A stretch of DNA of 50,476 nucleotides from a virus. Lineage: Duplodnaviria; Caudoviricetes. Below the pieces are notes generated by a model. That model did not search any database. It saw nothing but the letters and a program-made list of their open reading frames with translations, and was not told the origin of the DNA. The translations under genes were made by a program, and so were the position numbers. This document shows, piece after piece, positions 28,089 through 37,655 of the stretch. Each line of letters starts with the position of its first letter. Position 1 is the stretch's first letter. The stretch spans positions 1 through 50,476 of the IMG/VR virus record IMGVR_UViG_3300037247_000358; one strand, 5' to 3'.

Positions 28089-28667
28089 CTACTCTTTCCC
28101 CCCAACCAAAGCCTCAGTTTCAGCTTGACCGGGGACGAAGGTCGTGATTTTTGGTGTCGCGGGGGAGCCAACTCTACTAAGCTCCTCGCTAACCATCTTC
28201 TTTGCCCGTTTCAGGAACGCCGCCTTGGAAATACGGGCAACTGCCCGTTGTTCGTTGTACTTCAAGGCCCCAAGGTACTGTTTCCTCGAAATCTTCATCA
28301 ACACCAAATCACCATAGACAATCTGGCCGTTCTTGATGAGATACTCAGGAATAGGTTTACCGTCAGGACCAACAACATCCTTGGACGTTACCTTGATAAA
28401 GCCCATGGCTTCCATCTGGTACAGGCGTTGGCCCTCCCCCGCAACACGGTTAACCCACCGAAACTTCAATAGTGGGTTTCGAGGACGTAGGTCAGTGTAA
28501 TCAGGCAGAACCAGCGGCCTTGCCTCAATGGCCTCGTCAGGGAGCTTTGCTGCTGCCTGCTTTGCCACCTCAGCTGCCTGACTAGGCACTAGGGGGGGAA
28601 CCCCCGGTGTTGGAACATTCTTACTTGTTACTGCTGGGCCTGATTTTTGTGTGTTGTTAGGCTGCAT
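28089..28667 (-). CDS. Head-module protein of unknown function
   Basis: KFRWVNR...MGF..V...GDLVLMKI; lies between scaffold and cement genes. Confidence 0.6.
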   Translation of the reverse strand: MQPNNTQKSGPAVTSKNVPTPGVPPLVPSQAAEVAKQAAAKLPDEAIEARPLVLPDYTDLRPRNPLLKFRWVNRVAGEGQRLYQMEAMGFIKVTSKDVVGPDGKPIPEYLIKNGQIVYGDLVLMKISRKQYLGALKYNEQRAVARISKAAFLKRAKKMVSEELSRVGSPATPKITTFVPGQAETEALVGGKE

Positions 28668-29370
28668 GGACCACCATTCCTTCCTTCTGTTTTAGATATT
28701 CCGCGGGTGTCATTCGCATCCGCTCAGCGACTTTCTTTTCCTGGTCGTTGAGTTTGCTCTCCGGCGTTGCGCTAGGGTCAACCTCTGGCACATGCGGAGC
28801 ACCACTAGAGGCTGGCTCAGTGAAAAACTCGTTCTTCCCTTCCTTGGCATCTGCCACAAACTCATTGAGGTGGCGACCCTTGACCATGAGAATGGCATTC
28901 TCCCAGGTCTGAAACATCGGACGCTGTTGAAGAGGGACGGTTTTCATTAGTTCCATTATTTCGTCGCCAAATTTGGCAAAGAGCTTTGGATTCCGTTGCC
29001 GAATGAACATCTCAGCAGTCTGGGCCCCCTGCGTGAACATTTGCAAAGCCAACGGAGTTAAGCGTTGGGTAAGGGCCGCATCTGGGTCTTCCCAGAAGTC
29101 AATCGGCTTGTTTGGGTCTGGAGCAGCGGGCACTACCGGTTTGTTGAGTGGATTTGCTGGGTCAAGAGCAGCATCAGCTTTTGCCTTTGCGGCATCACGT
29201 TCTGCGTTTGCGGCCTGAAGTTCTTGTTCCTTAGTCACGGCCAAATCCTGAGCGGCTTTCAGGTCTGTCTGAGCAGTGGTACCTGCTTTCATCACCACTA
29301 GGATTTGCTCGTCAGTCAAATCTTTCCACTCCGGTGGAAAGGTCGAGTCATTTCTGTCAATCAACGGCAT
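28657..29370 (-). CDS. Capsid scaffolding protein
   Basis: Coiled coil, DFWEDP, C-terminal LNDQEKKVAERMRMTPAEYLKQK. Confidence 0.75.
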   Translation of the reverse strand: MPLIDRNDSTFPPEWKDLTDEQILVVMKAGTTAQTDLKAAQDLAVTKEQELQAANAERDAAKAKADAALDPANPLNKPVVPAAPDPNKPIDFWEDPDAALTQRLTPLALQMFTQGAQTAEMFIRQRNPKLFAKFGDEIMELMKTVPLQQRPMFQTWENAILMVKGRHLNEFVADAKEGKNEFFTEPASSGAPHVPEVDPSATPESKLNDQEKKVAERMRMTPAEYLKQKEGMVVHAA

Positions 29371-29383
29371 GATATGCCTCCTG

Positions 29384-29668
29384 TTAAGGTAATGCTGCCT
29401 CTGCGGCTGCTAAAGTTTTCTTTTCAAAATCCTTCTGGTCGCTCATCTGCTTTTCGATGCCCTTTAGGTCCCTTTCCATGTGGATGATACCATCCAACAC
29501 GGCCAAGGCCCCTTGGGCACGATGGATAAGGATTGGATTACTGGAAGTCATTAGTATGTTCTGCTCCTTAGCAATAAGCTCCTCAATCCACCTATTGAAT
29601 ACCCTCGCCCCCGGCTGTGCCACCCACGCCAGGAGCTTGTGGCGGTTGTCCACCAGAACTGGTCTCAC
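29384..29668 (-). CDS. Small portal-adjacent protein (Bbp19-like)
   Basis: IHRAQGALAVL helix; directly after portal. Confidence 0.6.
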   Translation of the reverse strand: MRPVLVDNRHKLLAWVAQPGARVFNRWIEELIAKEQNILMTSSNPILIHRAQGALAVLDGIIHMERDLKGIEKQMSDQKDFEKKTLAAAEAALP

Positions 29669-31424
29669 GTTTCACCTCCGGTATGAGCCTGTCTGTCTCA
29701 CTTCGTCCGAAATTGCGAAGAACATCCTTCATAAGAGCATTAGAAGCCTGGACGGCTTCCCCAAGATACTGACGGACTTCCTCTGGAATCATCACGTTAG
29801 AGGCACTTTGCAGCAAGGAAGCCACGGTTTGATAATGACGGGTCATCAAACCAACCAACATAATGTCATTTTGCTTTTCAACCTCACGGTTGACACTAGC
29901 AGTTGAGGCATAGATAGGTAACCCCATCTTGCCAGAGGCCATAAGCTCTAGGGCAGCCTTTATGAATTGGGCTTTCTCACCAAATTGGTCCACCCTATCA
30001 CCAACACCAAAATGGGCATATACACGGGTGATGATACGTCCTAGTTTGGTGTGTGCATACCTCATATCTGTAACGTTCAAATCCGTCCGTGTGTTGCTCT
30101 CCTGAAGCATTGACAACGTACCCATGGCCGTGTACACACCACGACGACCGTGCATAACACCAGCACCATAGCCCTGTTGGTGCGGAGCTACTCCTGACAG
30201 CCTTTCTGCAAGGTCAAGTGTCATCCTCTCATCTTCGATAGTTACCTCACTCAATTCACCGTGAACGAGAGGCTCAATTTCGTCCTTTTCTGCTGGCAGT
30301 ATCGCAGACGGGTAAATACGATAGCCCTGATGCAGTTTGCTGTCAGGATTAGCCCGCCAGATACGAGTATTAGCAATTGTCATGTTGTCCCGACGTTGGT
30401 TGTGGATAATTGACAACTCGTTCTGGAAATGGGACAAACGCTCACAGAAACCAAGACCATGGAACTGGTCATCACGGTAGTAGAGCCGAGCCGCAACAAA
30501 AGGCTCCATATTCTCCGGATAGAAGTTGTAAACTGCCCGGAGAATTGTGTTAGACTCAAGGTGGTAGGAGATTATTGTTCTGACAAGGTGGCCATTTATG
30601 AAAGCCTTGTACCAACACTCCCAAATGTCCCATTCCTTGTAGCCATAACCCACTGAACTTCGAGCGCCTGTGTCAGTTTCCTTTCTCTGCTGGGTACTAA
30701 TCGGGAACGTGCGGGTTGGTTTGCCTAAAACGTAGTTTACCTTGTCCTGGGCATAGACCCCATGAAACGCCCGCTCCTTTAGTTCAAACTCCTGAATTCT
30801 ACGACGGTGTATCTTAATGTTTGCGGCCTCAAGAGTCTTTGACGCTGGTGGAATGAAAAAGTCCTCAAAAGCTAGTTTCTCCGGACGAGGACCAGCGTAA
30901 ATGGTGGTGGGAAGATAGGAAAAATTGCCCTGACCATCCCCAGCAACAAAATCCTCCCAGACTTTTTCGTATGGGGACTTGACTATGGAAGTGCCGAATT
31001 TGATTGCCTCACCAAACCACTCATGATAAACACGATAAAGGTCAAGTTCTGTTGGTTCGATGCCAACATATTCCAGAAACTCCTCAACTGCCTCTCTAAG
31101 CTCTTCCCCAACACCCTGGTGGGTTCCAAGCAGCTTTGTTACCCATAGGGGCTTCGTTTTGAAGACGTAGGACATAACTCTGGCAAGCAGTGTGTCAGAG
31201 TGAATAGCAATGACAGGAACCACCAAGTTACTTGCGTTATAGAACGGAAACTCCCGAATTTTCTCCAGAGGCGTCGCTTCGTAGAATTTGCGCCATTTAC
31301 CAATTTTAGTTTGATATAACACGGAATACCCTGAAATCAGGCCGAGGATGTGTCTCCGAATATCCCTCTTGAGATACTCCTCGACCTGAGGGGTCAGGGT
31401 GACGCGAATGGGTGCTTCGGGCAT
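29592..31424 (-). CDS. Portal protein
   Basis: 610 aa between TerL and scaffold; KFGTSIVK, FHGLGFCE.L...Q.E....HNQRRDN, RLSGV, TA. Confidence 0.88.
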   Translation of the reverse strand: MPEAPIRVTLTPQVEEYLKRDIRRHILGLISGYSVLYQTKIGKWRKFYEATPLEKIREFPFYNASNLVVPVIAIHSDTLLARVMSYVFKTKPLWVTKLLGTHQGVGEELREAVEEFLEYVGIEPTELDLYRVYHEWFGEAIKFGTSIVKSPYEKVWEDFVAGDGQGNFSYLPTTIYAGPRPEKLAFEDFFIPPASKTLEAANIKIHRRRIQEFELKERAFHGVYAQDKVNYVLGKPTRTFPISTQQRKETDTGARSSVGYGYKEWDIWECWYKAFINGHLVRTIISYHLESNTILRAVYNFYPENMEPFVAARLYYRDDQFHGLGFCERLSHFQNELSIIHNQRRDNMTIANTRIWRANPDSKLHQGYRIYPSAILPAEKDEIEPLVHGELSEVTIEDERMTLDLAERLSGVAPHQQGYGAGVMHGRRGVYTAMGTLSMLQESNTRTDLNVTDMRYAHTKLGRIITRVYAHFGVGDRVDQFGEKAQFIKAALELMASGKMGLPIYASTASVNREVEKQNDIMLVGLMTRHYQTVASLLQSASNVMIPEEVRQYLGEAVQASNALMKDVLRNFGRSETDRLIPEVKRETSSGGQPPQAPGVGGTAGGEGIQ

Positions 31425-31427
31425 TGA

Positions 31428-31646
31428 CTATCCAGAGAGAATCCTGTCACGCTTTTCTGCATTGGATTGCCAGCGAAGCAAATCGTCTTGGGTTATTGGC
31501 TGTCCCAATCGAGCAAGAGCTAAGGCTCCTGTACCTACAACATCTTGCAGCATTTTGACCAGGTCAGCGGTCCGCTTATCGAGATAAGGGGTTGCCAACC
31601 CGGCCCCAAGATTCGTCAACAAAACAATCAAAGCTCCGAGTCCCAT
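31428..31646 (-). CDS. Small membrane-associated protein
   Basis: Hydrophobic N-terminus; coupled to the lipoprotein gene. Confidence 0.55.
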   Translation of the reverse strand: MGLGALIVLLTNLGAGLATPYLDKRTADLVKMLQDVVGTGALALARLGQPITQDDLLRWQSNAEKRDRILSG

Positions 31647-32038
31647 TACTCACACTCCTGTCCGCAACTGGAGCGAACAATTAAAATACTGCCGTTTAGT
31701 GTTGTCAACTCTGCCTCTACCTCAGACTGGGTAGCCTCACCAACCCTCCAAAGCTCGTAGATAGTAGTTGCTTGCCGGAAGGACGTATTTGCTCTTAGGA
31801 GCGAAATCCTGTAACTTTCTAGGCCGGAAGTAGAAAAACGGCAAGTAGCCTCTGCCGTAGAGCAAGCCTGTCTCTGTACGGAGTAGAAGTTAGTTGCGCT
31901 GTTCAACAACGCATCGGCGATGTTAATTGTGTGTCCAATTCGGTCAATTACTGATACCGGCGCAGTCGCGCTGCGTTGGCACCCAAGTGAAAACAACAGT
32001 ACAATTGTCAGGACTGAAACAGAAATTCTTTTTCGCAT
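31646..32038 (-). CDS. Lipoprotein, possible spanin component (start moved to MRKRIS)
   Basis: GAGG RBS; MRKRISVSVLTIVLLFSLG-C lipobox; helical body. Confidence 0.7.
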   Translation of the reverse strand: MRKRISVSVLTIVLLFSLGCQRSATAPVSVIDRIGHTINIADALLNSATNFYSVQRQACSTAEATCRFSTSGLESYRISLLRANTSFRQATTIYELWRVGEATQSEVEAELTTLNGSILIVRSSCGQECE

Positions 32039-32042
32039 GGAA

Positions 32043-32216
32043 CTACCTCGCTTTCTCGATTTTGTGCCCAATGCCGAGAGCAGCAAAGCCCATTCCCAGC
32101 AGGCTAATTCCTTCCGTGATGGAATCGCCCTCAGTTTCCACTACTCCCTTAATTACAAGCCCAAGCCCAGTCAGAATCATCGAGACCCCGCCCAGTTTAG
32201 TTTTCCAACCTGTCAT
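32043..32216 (-). CDS. Two-TM holin-like protein (57 aa, not in the ORF track)
   Basis: AAGGAGG RBS; MTGWKTKLGGVSMILTGLGLVIKG...GISLLGMGFAALGIGHKIEKAR. Confidence 0.65.
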   Translation of the reverse strand: MTGWKTKLGGVSMILTGLGLVIKGVVETEGDSITEGISLLGMGFAALGIGHKIEKAR

Positions 32217-32228
32217 AACTATTCCTCC

Positions 32229-32396
32229 TTACCTATCTTTTCTTTGCTTTTTCCTATGGCCCACTTTCTCATGCCATTTGGCAGAGCCAGGAACGCCCTT
32301 GTTGATACTTGCGTGGAACACGCTTTCGCCCTTCTCCTTGCCGTAGGTCTTTTTCATCGAAGCCATGACCTCTTTGCCCGTTTTAGTCTTAGGCAA
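32229..32396 (-). CDS. Small basic protein (55 aa, not in the ORF track)
   Basis: GAGG RBS + TTG; MPKTKTGKEVMASMKKTYGKEKGESVFHASINKG. Confidence 0.7.
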   Translation of the reverse strand: MPKTKTGKEVMASMKKTYGKEKGESVFHASINKGVPGSAKWHEKVGHRKKQRKDR

Positions 32397-32553
32397 GAGC
32401 TACCTCTCTACTATTCGGCTGGGCCGGATGCTTCAGCCCACCACGACAGCGCCACCACCATTTGCCGTTGTGCCGTATATAGGCTTTATGCTCATGGGCG
32501 TAGCACTTACCACAGTGTAAGCACATATAATGGACTGAGCATCCACAAGTCAT
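32389..32553 (-). CDS. Small Cys/His-rich protein (54 aa, not in the ORF track)
   Basis: MTCGCSVHYMCLHCGKCYAHEH...; fills the gap in the operon. Confidence 0.5.
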   Translation of the reverse strand: MTCGCSVHYMCLHCGKCYAHEHKAYIRHNGKWWWRCRGGLKHPAQPNSREVALA

Positions 32554-32556
32554 TAC

Positions 32557-32739
32557 CTAGTTTACGCAGAGGTTAACACCCGACCCAACACATTCCTTTG
32601 TGTCCCTGTCAAATTGCCAATCCCTCGGTCCGACGTAAAGACGAACAAATTTGTCGTCAATCACGATGCGAACTCTGCTCTTCTTAGGAAATGTTATGTG
32701 CGGCAGAACAATATCTTCAACTTCATAAGTGCCATTCAT
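32557..32739 (-). CDS. Hypothetical protein (60 aa)
   Basis: AAGGA RBS; follows TerL. Confidence 0.6.
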   Translation of the reverse strand: MNGTYEVEDIVLPHITFPKKSRVRIVIDDKFVRLYVGPRDWQFDRDTKECVGSGVNLCVN

Positions 32740-32755
32740 TTGTTCCTTCCTGTTA

Positions 32756-34420
32756 TTACTGATACCCCGCGTTCACCTGTCGCATCCTCATCCGATTAGT
32801 TTTCAGCATTGCAATATGCTGGGTGTAACTCATCGGCGACTTCATCATCTGCGGAATATACGCCAACGCATCGAGAAGGTCAACATACTTTCCCTTCGGG
32901 AACGTGGTGTACTCCTCAAGGAAACTTTGATGGCGGCGCTGGATGAAGAAACGCTCCTGCTCAAAAATCGGAGAGAGGGAGCGAATGCGCCACTCCTTGC
33001 GTCGTGTTGGAGTGCCGTCTGGCGCATCCACCTCCCCCTTTAGGTCAACAATCCGGACGGTGTTACCTTCAATTTGATTTCTGTAGCGAAGGTGGTATGC
33101 GAGATACTGTTGGCCAGCAATGGCTTCGACACCAAACTTGCCCAAACGCCACTTCTTAGCAAGCTCATAAATCTTGGCAATAAACGAATCGTAGCTGGCG
33201 TGCATAGCCCATGAGTCTAGGAGATAATAGAGGTTATCCTGTGACAGCCCAACTACCGTGATTGCGTGGCGACAGCGACCACTTGCTGCGTTGCCAGCGT
33301 GATTTGGGTCCACTGTCATAGCAAGGCTCAAGTGATTGATTTTCAAGTCCTTGCGTACAAGCCCATTTTTAACTTCGTGGACTATATAGGTGTCTCCAGT
33401 TGCATCTGTGCGATATGAGTAATAACTAAGCCAACTCTCCTTGAAATCAGCGTCCTCCGGCGCCACGGGGTTGTTTAAGAACTGACAAGAGAACATATAA
33501 GAACCAAGCCGCCGCTTCCAACGAAGCAGTTTCTCCTCAGAAAACTCTTCGGGGAAAATTGCCTTGTCAGGTGGATGGACAGAACAGCAACCACCCAAAG
33601 CACTATGGTTCACCAGACGAAACCAAGGTTCCTCTTCGCGGATGTGGGAGTTCAAATCATGGAATGACCACCGATTGCCAACAACCAATTCACTGTTGTC
33701 GTGGAGCCTGTCCTCGGTCTCAAATGCACCGATTAGCAATTGGTGGTAGTTGATAGTCTTTTCCATTTCCGACGCGGATTCAAGAGCCTTGCGGCCAACA
33801 AGGTCGTCCTGAATTGCTTTGTGGTAGTGCCGAGACTGTAAAGCACCACCTACACCAAGGAAGTCAAAGGTTCCTTCACCGTGGGCGGCTCCGGCGCTGC
33901 CTTTGGGACGACGTATGTGAAGGGATTGGTTTGTCCAGACACAAGAAGAGTCTGGTAAAGTTTCAGGAAACAACCCCCGGTAGAGATAATTAGACTCATA
34001 GTGATACCGGATGCGCTTGCCGAGAGTGGCAGCGTTAGTGATGTTCTCACTGACAAGGAGAAATCGCCCGTTTGTATCATGGATTTTCCTCATCCACCTG
34101 ATAAATTCATCAGAATAGCCAAACTGTTGGAGAGCGTCTGCATCTTGTTGGGTAAAGGGGAGTGCCCACCACATAGGCAGACCCTCAGAACAGATAGTGG
34201 ACTTGAAGTGGTCCCGTGGCAACTCATAAACATCTTTGATGAAGGAGCGTTCCAAGGAATTGCAGATTGGAAGATGTAGGTGGTCTGTCAACCTACGACG
34301 CCGAAGGCCAATTTTTATGAAGTAGTAGAGACTACCAAGACAATTAAGCCGGACCAACTGCCGCTTCTCCGCTGGAGAGGCAGCTGAACTAATTGACAGT
34401 GGTACGAACTTTATTTCCAT
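32756..34420 (-). CDS. terL: Terminase large subunit
   Basis: ELPRDHFKST (Walker A), IQDDLV (Walker B), VVGNRW...D, FSCQFLNNP, RNase-H-like TVDPN, FPKGKYVDLLDALA. Confidence 0.92.
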   Translation of the reverse strand: MEIKFVPLSISSAASPAEKRQLVRLNCLGSLYYFIKIGLRRRRLTDHLHLPICNSLERSFIKDVYELPRDHFKSTICSEGLPMWWALPFTQQDADALQQFGYSDEFIRWMRKIHDTNGRFLLVSENITNAATLGKRIRYHYESNYLYRGLFPETLPDSSCVWTNQSLHIRRPKGSAGAAHGEGTFDFLGVGGALQSRHYHKAIQDDLVGRKALESASEMEKTINYHQLLIGAFETEDRLHDNSELVVGNRWSFHDLNSHIREEEPWFRLVNHSALGGCCSVHPPDKAIFPEEFSEEKLLRWKRRLGSYMFSCQFLNNPVAPEDADFKESWLSYYSYRTDATGDTYIVHEVKNGLVRKDLKINHLSLAMTVDPNHAGNAASGRCRHAITVVGLSQDNLYYLLDSWAMHASYDSFIAKIYELAKKWRLGKFGVEAIAGQQYLAYHLRYRNQIEGNTVRIVDLKGEVDAPDGTPTRRKEWRIRSLSPIFEQERFFIQRRHQSFLEEYTTFPKGKYVDLLDALAYIPQMMKSPMSYTQHIAMLKTNRMRMRQVNAGYQ

Positions 34421-34422
34421 GC

Positions 34423-34689
34423 TTAGTAGTTGATGGGGAGCTTATTGCCCAAAAGCCTGGCCATTCGGCCTCGTTGATAGCTCTTAAAAGTGTTAAGGGA
34501 GCCAAACGTCTGTGGACCAAAGCCTGCTCTGATATTTGGGTCTTGCCCTGGAGGGGCCGGAGCCGGGCCAACAGGCTGCTCGGGTGGGGCTACAGGGACA
34601 GTGCCTACAGAGCCAGCAGGTTTGCCCTTGCCCTGACCACCAACGGGGTCACCGGGCCTTATGGCTATGTCATATGGATAGTTTGGCAT
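34423..34689 (-). CDS. Pro/Gly-rich hypothetical protein
   Basis: Operon packing between TerS and TerL. Confidence 0.55.
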   Translation of the reverse strand: MPNYPYDIAIRPGDPVGGQGKGKPAGSVGTVPVAPPEQPVGPAPAPPGQDPNIRAGFGPQTFGSLNTFKSYQRGRMARLLGNKLPINY

Positions 34690-34951
34690 TGTCTATCCTT
34701 TGATTTTGAATTAGCACAAGTTCTTCCTCAACACTCCAGGTTCTTGGGTCGGCCGCTGTCGCCTTCTTAAAAGCAATATGTACATCAAGAAACCTTCCGT
34801 TTGACAACTTTTTCCTAAGATGTACATGCATCCTTCCAGGCGGGTCGCAATCAGTATAGTGCCACCCATCCGGCACTGGGTCGCCCTCAAGACGCTCCTG
34901 TATTATGCTTGCTTTAGGTTTACAAGTCTCAAATTCCAGGCCCGTAGCCAT
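34670..34951 (-). CDS. Hypothetical protein (93 aa)
   Basis: Overlapping neighbours. Confidence 0.55.
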   Translation of the reverse strand: MATGLEFETCKPKASIIQERLEGDPVPDGWHYTDCDPPGRMHVHLRKKLSNGRFLDVHIAFKKATAADPRTWSVEEELVLIQNQRIDNAKLSI

Positions 34952-35210
34952 AAACTCTACCCATCCTTTCTCTATTCATTGCCCGTCGCTCACCCAAACT
35001 GTGAGCGACCTTTGGTGGGGGCGTTGCACCAGGTATTACGGTTTGTCTACCTTCTGAAATTGCGACCTGAGGTTTCTTTTTGCCCTTGGTTGTGCCTTTG
35101 GCGAAATCACCTGCGACCATGCTACCGCCACTAATAACAAGTCCTGGTTGGCCTGTAAGGACGCCAACACCAGCAATGGCTCCGCCAGCAATTTTCTTGA
35201 GAAGACCCAT
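34929..35210 (-). CDS. Hypothetical protein with Gly-rich hydrophobic N-terminus
   Basis: IAGGAIAGVGVLTG. Confidence 0.55.
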   Translation of the reverse strand: MGLLKKIAGGAIAGVGVLTGQPGLVISGGSMVAGDFAKGTTKGKKKPQVAISEGRQTVIPGATPPPKVAHSLGERRAMNRERMGRVYGYGPGI

Positions 35211-35222
35211 GGTTACACCATT

Positions 35223-35717
35223 CTACTGAACTACCTTCGTAGAGGTTTTTGCCTTGGCTACAGCACCGATGGTATTTGCAACTTGGTTGCCATCCTGTAG
35301 GGCGTTGTCAAGCACAAGTGGGGACATATCGGCTGGTACATACCCATCTTCTTCAGGACGCCTGACAACCAATGCCTTGTCAGGGTCAAGGGCGATGATT
35401 TCCTTGGCCGCGACGATGGAGGCACGAGTGTCACGGCGTTGGGTCACTGCGTCTAGTAGTGCTCTCACTGCCGCGGGGACGCCCGGACGAAGTGCGTTGC
35501 GGATTTCTTCCACCTTGCCAGCCATGGCCTCATCCATTTTGGTAAGAGTACCTGTGAGGATGCACTCTTCAGCATCTTTGTACTCTGGTAGAGCTAGAAT
35601 ACGTGAAAGGCCAGGTCGGGAAAGTCCTAGTAACTCTGCAATACGACCATCGGAGATAGCACCGACGACACGCAGGCGGGCTATTTGCTCAAGTTTAATT
35701 CTTACTTTTGGGGTCAC
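35223..35717 (-). CDS. Probable terminase small subunit
   Basis: N-terminal HTH (SDGRIAELLGLSRPGLSRIL), AVRALLD...AAKEII oligomerisation helices; upstream of TerL. Confidence 0.65.
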   Translation of the reverse strand: MTPKVRIKLEQIARLRVVGAISDGRIAELLGLSRPGLSRILALPEYKDAEECILTGTLTKMDEAMAGKVEEIRNALRPGVPAAVRALLDAVTQRRDTRASIVAAKEIIALDPDKALVVRRPEEDGYVPADMSPLVLDNALQDGNQVANTIGAVAKAKTSTKVVQ

Positions 35718-35935
35718 TGTAGTTTCGTAATTGAGCCCTCATTGAGGGTTTTGCCCTGCCTCAGCACGGCTTTTCGGATTCCTGCACCAAACTCTATCTC
35801 TGTGTGGTTAGCGCAAGCTACAACACGGAGTTTGCCGACCATTCGGTCCCTGGCCCACTTTTTGCGGCAGGAGCCTTGTCCACAAACAGCACAGTAAAGG
35901 GTTTCGCCTGCGGCCTGTGCTTCGCTAAATGGCAC
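35714..35935 (-). CDS. Small Zn-finger protein (CAVC...C..H)
   Basis: GGAGGAG RBS + GTG. Confidence 0.65.
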   Translation of the reverse strand: MPFSEAQAAGETLYCAVCGQGSCRKKWARDRMVGKLRVVACANHTEIEFGAGIRKAVLRQGKTLNEGSITKLQ

Positions 35936-35956
35936 GTTGTACTCCTCCGGGAGGCA

Positions 35957-36181
35957 TTAGTCTCCCTCCGTAACTACTTGCGGCTCGAAGAAAGTGTGAA
36001 AGGCCCGCACTAGCGGTGAAACCACGGGAGTGGGGGGGTGGCCCACTTTGGAGAACTGAGGAGGATTAATCCTTTCAGCAGCAACACTGCCAGAGGCGGA
36101 CCTTTCAACGGTCGGACCAAGATTCCGAGAAGCACAGCCAGCTTCCTGTCGGGGGACGAAGTTGGTACACTTCTCGCTCAT
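35957..36181 (-). CDS. Hypothetical protein, first gene of the late arm (start moved to ATG 36181)
   Basis: The longer ORF start lies inside the promoter. Confidence 0.4.
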   Translation of the reverse strand: MSEKCTNFVPRQEAGCASRNLGPTVERSASGSVAAERINPPQFSKVGHPPTPVVSPLVRAFHTFFEPQVVTEGD

Positions 36182-36190
36182 AGTGTCCAC

Positions 36191-36218
36191 ATTATAGCAC
36201 ATCCGTCAAAATCGTCAA
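36191..36218 (-). promoter_or_regulatory. Sigma70-type promoter driving the late arm
   Basis: TTGACG-N16-TATAAT with extended TG. Confidence 0.75.
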
Positions 36219-36309
36219 GGAGTATTTCATGTTTTGAATCAGTAGGATACAAACACAAAACGCATTGCGTTTGGGATTAACTGCCAGTGGCCACGGGCTC
36301 TGCACACCA

Positions 36310-36495
36310 ACTTCGTTACCGAAAGGACTTCGTTACCAAGCTACGCTTCGCAGCCTTCTACGAAACTGCCAAACAGCACCATGTTCGCTTTTTCGTCGCT
36401 AGATGAAGTGTTTAGAGTATAAACAGTTAGCCAAGCTGCGCTCTTCGGCTTTCTGTGAAACGGCTAAAGGCTAGTACGTTACTGGGCTAAAGGCC
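36310..36495 (+). repeat. Short direct and degenerate repeats in the divergent intergenic region
   Basis: ACTTCGTTACC at 36310 and 36327; ~40-bp degenerate pair CCAAGCTrCGCT...GAAAC.GC.AAA at 36336 and 36431; GGCTAAAGGC twice. Confidence 0.6.
36409..36425. promoter_or_regulatory. TGTTTA-N5-TAAACA palindrome, site 4 (parS-like)
   Basis: TGTTTAGAGTATAAACA-GTTAGCCAA. Confidence 0.75.
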
Positions 36496-36814
36496 ACTTT
36501 GGTACTGGCGAAGCCAAACGCAGGAATGGAAAAAATTATGTGAGCTGCCTTCATGCCGGGCCGGGGCGTTTGAGTTTTGTGCCTCGTCACACTATATATG
36601 AGTACGCTAGAGACAAGGCGTGCAGCAAGGGCCTCACGTTGGGATACTCACCGCTCCACCCTGCTGCGGTTCACCGCTACGCGACAACGTGCTGCGACTG
36701 TCAGTGGTGACCACCCAAGCGCGCAGTTACTAGACCGTCACATCTGTTGGGATGTGCGCCGCAGTTGTAGAGTAGTAAGTCACAGGTGTACAAATCCAAA
36801 CAGAGGTGCCAACC

Positions 36815-37141
36815 ATGGCGTTCAAGACACTCAAGCCCATCACGGCAGAGGACGTGAAAGGGGTCAATGGACTCAACCTCACCATCGGGGCCGCCTTGAC
36901 TGTGTTAATCCACAGACTCAAGGACACCCACTTCCAACAGAACACCGTGGAGTACGTGGCTGAGAATGCCCTTATCACGGGTATCAAGGCCATTGACAAC
37001 TCCAAGGGGTACTCCGAGGATATGCTCCGACTCAAGGGGTTCAGAACGGAGCTGGAGGCTGACCCCTCCATCGCCCAAGACCCGAAGAAGATGGCACGGT
37101 TGATGCAGAAGTACCGCATCGGCGCGTCCGTCCAGAGCTGA
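36815..37141 (+). CDS. Hypothetical early protein
   Basis: GAGGT RBS before ATG 36815. Confidence 0.7.
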   Translation: MAFKTLKPITAEDVKGVNGLNLTIGAALTVLIHRLKDTHFQQNTVEYVAENALITGIKAIDNSKGYSEDMLRLKGFRTELEADPSIAQDPKKMARLMQKYRIGASVQS

Positions 37142-37379
37142 CAAGCTCGGTGCACGCAATACCAACAAGCCCCCGCGGCGTGCATCCCAGCAGATGTGAC
37201 AGTTTCACACAATCTAACTGGAGGTCTATCATGGATTGGTTAAGGAGACACATTCAGTTCTTTGATGCCGATTACACCGTCCACCAGATTAGCGGTCTGA
37301 GGTTGTGGAGGTGTAGATTCTGCCATGGGTTGGTAAAAAACGGCAGTACATGCCCAACCTGGCGGTACTGGGTGAGACC

Positions 37380-37646
37380 ATGAGAGTCAACCGACAGGTA
37401 CAAGCCGCCATGCGACAGGCTGCTAAGGCCGCAGGCCAGCGGCAACTGAGTGGAATTGATAGTATGTTCCGCCCATTTGCCACGAAGTACGAGCCGCCTG
37501 CGGCATTTGAGGCGAATGCCCCGTGGCACTGCCGCCACAAAGTACTAATGTTCCGCCCCTGCAACCGCTGTGGCCGCACTAAAGCGTTAGCTGACGCAGT
37601 TTGGGGCAAGAGAATCAACCAATTGCTGGCGCAGGCCAAGCCGTAG
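37380..37646 (+). CDS. Small Zn-binding protein (CRH...CNRC)
   Basis: ATGA coupling to a short upstream ORF; start moved to MRVNRQ. Confidence 0.55.
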   Translation: MRVNRQVQAAMRQAAKAAGQRQLSGIDSMFRPFATKYEPPAAFEANAPWHCRHKVLMFRPCNRCGRTKALADAVWGKRINQLLAQAKP

Positions 37647-37655
37647 CAACGCTAC

